This document shows positions 26,413 to 34,120 of a stretch of 64,000 bases of DNA, in pieces; position 1 is the first letter of the stretch, and every line of letters starts with the position of its first letter. The stretch is from Planctomycetaceae bacterium UBA7805 (GTDB lineage Bacteria; Planctomycetota; Planctomycetia; Pirellulales; UBA7805): the NCBI GenBank assembly GCA_002480485.1, contig DLCF01000027.1:9936-73935 (forward strand), in the 5' to 3' direction. The position numbers and the translations under genes are program-made. The notes below the pieces were generated by a model that saw nothing but the letters and a program-made list of their open reading frames with translations, was not told the DNA's origin and searched no databases.

Positions 26413-28131
26413 ATGATGCTAGCTTGCCATCGCTTCCTGCTGTTCGCATTGATGCTGCTGTGTGGCACTGCTTGGTCGCCGCCGTCGCGCGCCGATGTCC
26501 TGGTCATTTGCCCGGATGCATTCACCGATGCCATTGGTCGGTGGATCGCGTATCGCACCGGTCAGGGACATCGGATCGTACTGATGGCAAACGATCGCTC
26601 GGCTTTCGTGCTGCAGAAGAAAATTCGCGACTATGCGACAAAGCGACCTGTAAACGCCGTGGTGCTGATCGGCGATGCTAGATCGGGCGATGTGAGTCAA
26701 AATTTAGGCGGTGCATGCCTGCAGCATTGTGTGCCCACACACTATCGTAAAGCCACCGTGATTACGCCTTATGCCGGGGATCGACAAATTGCCACTGATT
26801 ACCCGTTTGGCGATGTTGACGGAGATGATGTCGCAGAAATTCCAGTGGGTCGCCTGCCCGTGGATCGCCCAGAAGATTTGATGCGAATGGTTCAGCGGAT
26901 AATCGATTATGAGTCAAATAGCGACTTCTCACCCTGGAGAAGGCAAATCAACCTGGTCGCCGGTGTCGGGGAATTTGGGCCGATCATTGATTCGATAATC
27001 GAGGGCACGACACGTGCATTCCTGATTTCAAAAATTCCGCCAGCCTATCGAACAACGATGACGCAAGCCAATTGGAAAAGCCCGTATTGTCCACCGCCGG
27101 AGCAATTTAGAGACACCGTGCTAAACCGCTTGAATGAAGGTTGTCTGTTCTGGATTTATCTTGGCCACGGACAGATCGACTCTCTGGACAAGGTCCGCGT
27201 GCCGGGCGGACAATTTCCGATTTTGCGGAACACCGATGCTGACCGCATCGCTGCGAATCGAGGTGCCCCGATCGCGTTACTTTGTTGCTGCTACGCCGCA
27301 GCTTTTGATGCTCCTAACGACTGCCTAGCCGAAGCGATGTTGGAGAGTAAAGCAGGGCCGATAGCGGTCATCGGGGGGTCACGTACAACAATGCCGTATG
27401 GAATGACGGTGCTGGGCGAGGCGCTGATCAATCAACATTTCCAGAAACAGCAGACCACCTTGGGCGAGATTTTGAACAACGCAAAGAAACACATGGTCAG
27501 TGACGATGCAGGCGGTTCAAATCGAATCGCGCTGGATCGCCTAGCGGGGTTGCTCGGGAATACAAAGCAGCAACGGACAGCAGAGCGCAGAGAGCATGCC
27601 CAACTCTTCAATCTGTTGGGAGATCCCCTTTTAAAAATTGACGCATCCCGATCAGTCGTGGTGCGAGCACCGCGTCTGGTCGATCAAGGCGCAACGGTAA
27701 CCGTAGAAATCGACGCGCCCATGAAAGGATTGGCAACCATAGAAATCGTCACCCGACGCGGTACTTTCACCACGCCACTGGCGAACCGCACGCATTATGA
27801 CTCTTCCCCGGATGGCCGGAAGGAATATCTGCAATCCTATAAAAGGGCGAACGATCCACGTCTGGATCAGCAGCAGTGGCCTGTCGTGAAGGGTCTGCAG
27901 ACGTTCACAATGCAGTTGCCACCTGATTTTTCCGGACCCTGCCATGCGAGAGTGTATATTTACGGTATGCAACAGCATGCTATGGGATCTACTGATATTT
28001 ACGTGCAGCAGCAAAAGTCGCCGGAGCAATCTGTGAAGCGGACCGATCATGCAAACCCCTCTGCGGACTACTCGCTGCGTGCCGTGATCAACGTTGCAGA
28101 AAATCAAAACTCACGGCTGAGATCACGATAA
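26413..28131 (+). CDS. Secreted peptidase C25 (gingipain)-like cysteine peptidase family protein
   Basis: Signal peptide MMLACHRFLLFALMLLCGTAWSPPSRA. The C25 N-terminal pattern is present (VLVICPDAF...W..YR...G....L...........IRDY......AVVLIGDA...VP...........D.PFGDVDGDDVAEIPVGRLPV...EDL..MV.RIIDYE). The catalytic-type His lies in WIYLGHGQ and the Cys cluster in ALLCCCYAAAF. The track start at 26395 is TTG; ATG 26413 is used. Confidence 0.65.
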   Translation: MMLACHRFLLFALMLLCGTAWSPPSRADVLVICPDAFTDAIGRWIAYRTGQGHRIVLMANDRSAFVLQKKIRDYATKRPVNAVVLIGDARSGDVSQNLGGACLQHCVPTHYRKATVITPYAGDRQIATDYPFGDVDGDDVAEIPVGRLPVDRPEDLMRMVQRIIDYESNSDFSPWRRQINLVAGVGEFGPIIDSIIEGTTRAFLISKIPPAYRTTMTQANWKSPYCPPPEQFRDTVLNRLNEGCLFWIYLGHGQIDSLDKVRVPGGQFPILRNTDADRIAANRGAPIALLCCCYAAAFDAPNDCLAEAMLESKAGPIAVIGGSRTTMPYGMTVLGEALINQHFQKQQTTLGEILNNAKKHMVSDDAGGSNRIALDRLAGLLGNTKQQRTAERREHAQLFNLLGDPLLKIDASRSVVVRAPRLVDQGATVTVEIDAPMKGLATIEIVTRRGTFTTPLANRTHYDSSPDGRKEYLQSYKRANDPRLDQQQWPVVKGLQTFTMQLPPDFSGPCHARVYIYGMQQHAMGSTDIYVQQQKSPEQSVKRTDHANPSADYSLRAVINVAENQNSRLRSR

Positions 28132-28136
28132 GACCA

Positions 28137-30893
28137 TTACCGACTGCACTGCTCATCAATCTCAACCCCGGATGCAGCGATGGGGGGGGTGGAAGAGTGC
28201 GATCTCTCCTCACGCATGCCGGCTTCAGAATTGGCAATGTGCTGCCCGGAGATAGAGCGTGTGATGACCTCTTCAAACAGATTTTCCACCTTGTGGCCAA
28301 GCCGACAGGTTCGGGTGAAGGAGGAAATGAAATGTGCGGCCTTGCTCGCATCAATCGTTAGTGGTGGTTGGATTCGCAGCACCAGAGGATTAGAACGAGT
28401 AACTTGCGTATAAATATGATAATGCTCTAGCAGGATCTGCATTTGAAATACGGTGGGAAAGCTGGCGATCATCGCATCCATGCCCCGCATCATATACTGG
28501 AGCATCCCAGTCGAGTCGGTACGCTTCAAATGCGTTGTCACAGATTCTGCCAAAGGCGAGAGTTCTACACCAATCATCAATCCCTGTCCGCGGATGTCCT
28601 GAAAATAGTCCGGTAACTCCTGTCGAATTTCATTCAAGCCTTCCAGAATTTGAAATCCGCGTTGGGCAGCATTTTCCGCCAATCTTTCCTCAACGAGTGT
28701 TTCAATCGTCGCCAGGCCCGCAATACAAGCAAGACTTCCACCGCCAAAAGTGCTAGTGTGCAAGGCAAATCGCTCAACTGTCCCGTAGGCTTTCATCCAC
28801 AGATCACGGCGTGCCAACATGGCACCAATCGGCACCAATCCTCCACTGAGGCTCTTTGCAACACAAAGAATATCCGGTTCAATCGCCGCCTGTTCGCTCG
28901 CGAACATCGTCCCCGTGCGACCCATTCCCGTTTGGACTTCATCGGCAATCAAAAGCGTTCCGGCCTGCCGGCATATGCGCTCTGCTTCAGCCAGATAACC
29001 CGCCGGGGGAAGAATCATTCCTCCCTCTCCTTGGATCGGTTCCACGATGAATGCTGCCATATTGCGTGAGGCGAGAGTGCGTTCCAAAACCTCCAGATTG
29101 CCATACGGAATCGGGTGACAATCGGGCAGTAGCGGTGCAAATGGTTGTTGATAACCACGATTTCCAGTAACCGAGAGCGCACCAAGTGACTTGCCATGAT
29201 AAGAACCATGGCAATAGATAATGCCGGTTCGGCCCGTTGTGGCACGTGCCAGCTTTAGCGCAGACTCCACTGCCTCGGTCCCGCTGTTACAGAAAAATAC
29301 CATTTCCAAACCTGCCGGGGCAATCGATACCAAACGCTCGGACAAAGACGCCGCGTGAGGATTGATCGCCGCTGGGGAAAATCCGGGAACACTACTTTCT
29401 AGGGCCGCGCTGATCGCCTCAACAACTCTAGGGTGATTGTGACCGACATTAAGTGAGCCGAAACCCGAAACAAAATCGAGATAGTGATTTTCATCGGCAT
29501 CGGTGATTACCGTATCCTGGCCTCGTACGAAGGTCTTGTTGAGTCCACCCTGCTCGGCAAGATTGACCAATACCGGATTTACATATCGCTGAAAAAGGGT
29601 TCGCGCTCGGCGATTTTTAATTTCTTCTTCTTGCTGAATCCGCTGCTTGGATTTCTGATCGGTTGGCCGCTGCGTATCAGTTTGCGCTTGGCCGTAGGCA
29701 GGATGACCGTTGGTCGCGGATCCAGCGATCCTTTCTCCGGTAGTCGCCGAGCAGTGTTGGCCGGTAGCGAAATTTTTCTCCGCCAGACGACGACCAACTA
29801 CTTTATTCATGCTTGCCCATAGTGAATCGGGAACCGGTCGACCGTAGGAAGAGAGTTGCGAAAACGAAAATCCATGCCGAGTGGCGATGGATCCGATTTC
29901 TCCAATTCGCTCGATACTTAAATCACGCCCCAAAGAAAAACTTTCCGCGCGATCTTCCAGAGCCAAATTGATGGTTTCAGCCAGGCACCCCGGTACCAGA
30001 CCGAAGTGGAAACCGAGTAGCATCGATTTGCCTAGAAAACCTCTAGGTACGTCCACCAGGCCTCCAGAAACGACGAGAACATTGCTTCGACGTCGTGTCG
30101 ATCGGGTTACATCCGCAGGAACTCCCACGTCAATCACCACGCTGCCTGCCTGCAGCATCTCTTGCACGATACAACTGCCGCTCGAGGTGGCGGAAAGAAT
30201 CAATCGGGATTTCGCCAGGGCGGTCGGGATTTCAAAAACGAGCTCACTCTGAAGTTCAGCTGCAATTCGTGTTGCTCTCGGGGAAGGGCGACGGGCCACC
30301 AAGATCATTTCTCCTACCTTGGTCCGTAACATCCGGGCGATTGCCGTAGCGATGCTGCCGGGTAGACCGATCACGGTAACCGTCTCTTTGGTGAGGTCTA
30401 TCGACAGTTCACTGCAAGCATGTTGCAAATTTTTTAGCGCAGCATAAACCGTCAGGCTGTTTCCTGTGGTCACGGGAATCGGACTATTTTCTGCGATGTA
30501 CTGGCCGTGTCCGCCGACGACACTTGTGAGTGAACCGAGACCAACAATACCTGCACCCCAGTCCGCAGCCATATCTACAGCCGCTTGTGTCTGTTCGATG
30601 GCTGTTCCCGGGTCTTCTAAGATCTGCTTTGGACTGCATGGAATTTCGTACACGCGTCCTTCAGTCTCGCAACCGGTTTTGGTTTGCAGCCCCGAGAACT
30701 GATCAAGAACGATGGGGCGGTCTTTTGCGCGACCTCCGAAGGCAACCCCTTCCGCCATGCGACCTTGGACGAAATCGCATATCTCTAGCAGATTGCCATT
30801 TTCCCAATGCGACAGCAACTGCCCGCCATCATCCATCTGCCACAGAGCTTTACTTTCCTCTGAGAGAGGATGCACTACAAAGGCGAATTTCAT
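28137..30893 (-). CDS. Fusion protein: N-terminal acyl-ACP reductase (AAR)-like NAD(P)-dependent thioester reductase domain plus C-terminal class-III (omega/ornithine/putrescine-type) PLP aminotransferase
   Basis: aa 1-345 align colinearly with Synechococcus AAR as I recall it: [11 protein letters not shown] / [24 protein letters not shown] / [25 protein letters not shown] / [38 protein letters not shown] / [35 protein letters not shown] / [20 protein letters not shown] / MFACFAEAMLL, and [10 protein letters not shown] / IGEASVRHGF. The AAR catalytic Cys equivalent is C303 (nt 29985-29987). aa 434-875 form the class-III aminotransferase: [64 protein letters not shown], and the PLP Lys in [12 protein letters not shown] (K680, nt 28854-28856). 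An 88-aa low-complexity linker joins the two halves. Confidence 0.8.
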   Translation of the reverse strand: [918 protein letters not shown]

Positions 30894-31226
30894 CGTTGGA
30901 TTGGCCGAGTCGGGTGAAACGTGCTTGTTCGATCTTCAACTATCGCGGGAAAATGCCACGATCCATGTCTCGCATCCGAGCACGCATCCCCACGCGTCTC
31001 ACCAATCCTTCGCTTATTTGCTTCTTGCAAACAGCCCAGGCCTGGTAAAGAAACAGTTACCGGAGCTGAGCACCTAGCATACCCCCCCGCATAAGGCTCT
31101 TCAACCAATTTTAGCTGGAAATATCGAGTTTCAATGCGTGATTCATTTCATCCTGTCCAGGGAATTGCCATAATCAGCGCAGTCTACCAATGCTGAAACA
31201 AATGATCGTTTCTGCGTTTCGCTGCC

Positions 31227-31383
31227 CTACTCTGTGTTTCTTAAGCTCGAAAGAGTAGAAATATCGGTCTGCCCAATCGATGGATTTCGGTGCTATGATG
31301 ATGACTTCGAGGGCGAGCGATCAAAAAGAGTCCGAACACGTGATCGCGTTAAGAGTTTACTCTTACGTTATCCATAAACTCTT
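31227..31383. promoter_or_regulatory. Array of AAGAGT/ACTCTT hexamers and two 7-bp inverted repeats upstream of the MMPL transporter gene
   Basis: AAGAGT occurs at 31251, 31326 and 31351. ACTCTT occurs at 31359 and 31378. One inverted repeat is CTACTCT (31227-31233) with AGAGTAG (31252-31258). A tight palindrome is TAAGAGT-tt-ACTCTTA (31350-31365). The expected count of one hexamer (both strands) in about 135 bp is under 0.1. Confidence 0.4.
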
Positions 31384-31445
31384 CCTAGCTGAAACACTTC
31401 TCCGTCACTGTTGCCCCTGCGTCCCAAATCGCTGGAATATTTTGC

Positions 31446-34052
31446 ATGTCGGAATTAAACCGATCAAGTTTTTACGATCGATTTTACCTTTGGATCTTTA
31501 TTGCATCCCTAATATCGATTTATCCGATCACGCTGAGCGTCATCAAATCGGAAGAAACCAACAATAACAATATCAAGCAGTGGCTTCCGAAGGACAATTT
31601 TGATGAAACGAAAATATACGCTGCATTCAGGGCACATTTCGGCACCGATGAATATGCCATCGTCAGTTGGACAGGATGCACGCTAACCGATCCGCGACTC
31701 TCCGAGTTCGCGTCATTTGCCCGCAATTATCAGAATGCGTCTGGTGATAAGCTGTTTGCAAAAGTCACTACCGGTCCCGAACTATTAGAAAAGTTGCAAG
31801 CGAAGCCTTTCGATTTAAGCGAAAGGCTCGCTCGTCAGCGACTGGAATCAATCCTGATCGGTAAAGACGGCGAATCGAGTGCCGCGGTGATTGAATTAAC
31901 CGAGGCAGGAGATAACGATCGACGAGAGGCCATTGCGTCCCTTAGAAGCATACTGATCCAAGATTTAAAAATTCCGGCCGCTGAAATTCATATGGCCGGA
32001 GATGCGGTAACTAACGCTGCGGTGGATGTTGAGAGTCAGAGGGCCACCGATTCGCTTGTTGGCTACTCGATGCTGATTGCCCTCAGTTGTGCTGTCACAA
32101 GTTTCTTCTTCGCCCACGGTCGTCGTTCCAAGCACTGGATACGCGGTCTGACGTACAGCTTCACGCTGGCCATGCTGATTTTCTTTGTTTCTGTTTACAG
32201 CGCTATGCTGGCGCAATCGCTGGTGCCGATTTTTGGCGGACGTGTGAATCTCGTACTGGTTGTGATGCCCGTCTTAATTTACGTTTTAAGTCTGTCAGCA
32301 GGCGTTCACCTGATCAACTATTACCAGGATACGGTGCGTGAAAAGGGTGTTGCTCATGCCCCTGCAACGGCCATCCGACTCGGCTGGATGCCCTGCACGC
32401 TGGCGGCTGGAACGACGGCCATAGGGCTTGGGTCCCTCTCGGTAAGCAATATCATTCCGGTCAAGGATTTTGGAAAATTCTCCGCGATTGGAATTATCGC
32501 GAGTCTGGGCGTACTGTTTTTACTGCTGCCGGCGCTACTTGTTCTAATTCAAAGATTTTCAAAGAAAGCGAATGAGGGCCTCTCTGCGCAATCGCAAACC
32601 GAGCTCCAGGGAATCTTCGACCAAGTAGTCGAATGGTTGGCTGCAAAGGTTATTGCGCACCGATGGCCAGTGCTTTGCGTCTGTATCGGGCTGCTCATTT
32701 TCTTCGGTTGCGGGTCACTTTATATCAATACTTCAGTCAAGCCAGCCCGTTTTTTTGACCCAAAGCATCGGTTAATCACCGATTACGAGTGGCTGGCCAG
32801 CCCGGAACGTTTCGGCAATCAAATCCCTCTTGAGATTGTGGTCGCATTCAACCGAAAAAAGTCTACCTTGACGACGCTGGGGCAGATGCGGCTGATCTCG
32901 GCGATTGAAAAAGACCTAAAACAGAACCAATCGAACCTGATCAGCCACTCCATTTCGGCCGCCACTTTTGCACCAGAGCTAGATGAGGGCCATTACACGC
33001 AGTTCGTGATGAATAAACGTTTGGCAGCTAATCGCGCTGATTACCATAAAGTTCATTACTACAGCTATGAAAACGCGGCACATGAGGTTGCACCGGTCCC
33101 GCACGCAACTGATAAAGCGAAAGGGGGGACAGAAGACGAACCTCAAGCAGGAAAGGACCTTTGGCGAATCAGTGCCCGTATTCGCCCCGGAGAGAAAGAC
33201 TATGACGAGGTGATTCTCCAAATCGAAGAGCACGTAAACGGATTTCTGGCGAAGCGAAGTGCCGCAAGTCAGCAAAAACAGAAAAAAGCAAAACAAACTT
33301 TTGAAAAATTCAAGGAACTGGTTAAGCAAAAAATCGCTGAAGAAAGCGCTGCCTGTACCGAATCGGAAAACAAGCAAGGATGCCTTGAACAGATCAAACA
33401 AAAATATGATTTGATTGTAACGAATCGGACCAAAAAATTTGACAACTTTTTGCGGGCGGCGGCAGATGATGCAGTTGGAGTCGATGTCCAATACACGGGA
33501 ATGGTACCCCTATTTCACATCGCACAGCGTGAATTACTGAATGGGTTGTTTAAGAGCTTTGTGATCGCTTTTTTTCTAATCGCCGTAATGATGATAATTT
33601 GGTTCCGCAATTTTGCATCGGGACTGGTATCGATGCTGCCGAATGTTTTTCCGGCGGCGGTTATCTTTGGCTGGATGGGGTGGACCGATCGAATTGTTGA
33701 CATTGGATCGATGATGACTGCAAGCGTCGCGATGGGAATTGCGGTGGACGATACGGTCCACTTTCTTACTTGGTTCCGCAGGGGAATTGCGGCAAAGATG
33801 ACTCGCGCTGAAGCGGTGCTGTATTGTTATCGACGCTGCGCATTAGCGATGACGCAAACCACTTTGATCGCCGGACTTGGTCTGGTCATCTTCTCGCTGA
33901 GTTCTTTTCAGCCGGTATCCCAATTTGGCTTGTTGATGTTTTTACTGTTGCTTGCAGCGCTGGTGGGCGACCTTGTTTTCCTGCCCTCTCTTTTGGCTAG
34001 TCCCGCAGGCAAACTGTTTCAAGTTAAAAGTGATCCATCTGCGCCCCGGTGA
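31446..34052 (+). CDS. MMPL / HpnN-like RND-superfamily lipid exporter (12 TM, two periplasmic loops)
   Basis: 868 aa. The topology is 1+5 / 1+5 TM with large loops after TM1 and TM7. The TM4 region is VMPVLIYVLSLSAGVHLINYY and the TM10 region is MTASVAMGIAVDDTVHFLTWF, the charged RND proton-relay type. The second loop carries a Lys/Gln/Glu-rich predicted coiled-coil insert (nt 33247-33420). Confidence 0.8.
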   Translation: MSELNRSSFYDRFYLWIFIASLISIYPITLSVIKSEETNNNNIKQWLPKDNFDETKIYAAFRAHFGTDEYAIVSWTGCTLTDPRLSEFASFARNYQNASGDKLFAKVTTGPELLEKLQAKPFDLSERLARQRLESILIGKDGESSAAVIELTEAGDNDRREAIASLRSILIQDLKIPAAEIHMAGDAVTNAAVDVESQRATDSLVGYSMLIALSCAVTSFFFAHGRRSKHWIRGLTYSFTLAMLIFFVSVYSAMLAQSLVPIFGGRVNLVLVVMPVLIYVLSLSAGVHLINYYQDTVREKGVAHAPATAIRLGWMPCTLAAGTTAIGLGSLSVSNIIPVKDFGKFSAIGIIASLGVLFLLLPALLVLIQRFSKKANEGLSAQSQTELQGIFDQVVEWLAAKVIAHRWPVLCVCIGLLIFFGCGSLYINTSVKPARFFDPKHRLITDYEWLASPERFGNQIPLEIVVAFNRKKSTLTTLGQMRLISAIEKDLKQNQSNLISHSISAATFAPELDEGHYTQFVMNKRLAANRADYHKVHYYSYENAAHEVAPVPHATDKAKGGTEDEPQAGKDLWRISARIRPGEKDYDEVILQIEEHVNGFLAKRSAASQQKQKKAKQTFEKFKELVKQKIAEESAACTESENKQGCLEQIKQKYDLIVTNRTKKFDNFLRAAADDAVGVDVQYTGMVPLFHIAQRELLNGLFKSFVIAFFLIAVMMIIWFRNFASGLVSMLPNVFPAAVIFGWMGWTDRIVDIGSMMTASVAMGIAVDDTVHFLTWFRRGIAAKMTRAEAVLYCYRRCALAMTQTTLIAGLGLVIFSLSSFQPVSQFGLLMFLLLLAALVGDLVFLPSLLASPAGKLFQVKSDPSAPR

Positions 34053-34120
34053 TGGGCACCGCCTCAATTCCAGGGCCACATCGCTCTCGCAGAAGCACGC
34101 GTCTGCGGAAACAGACTGCG

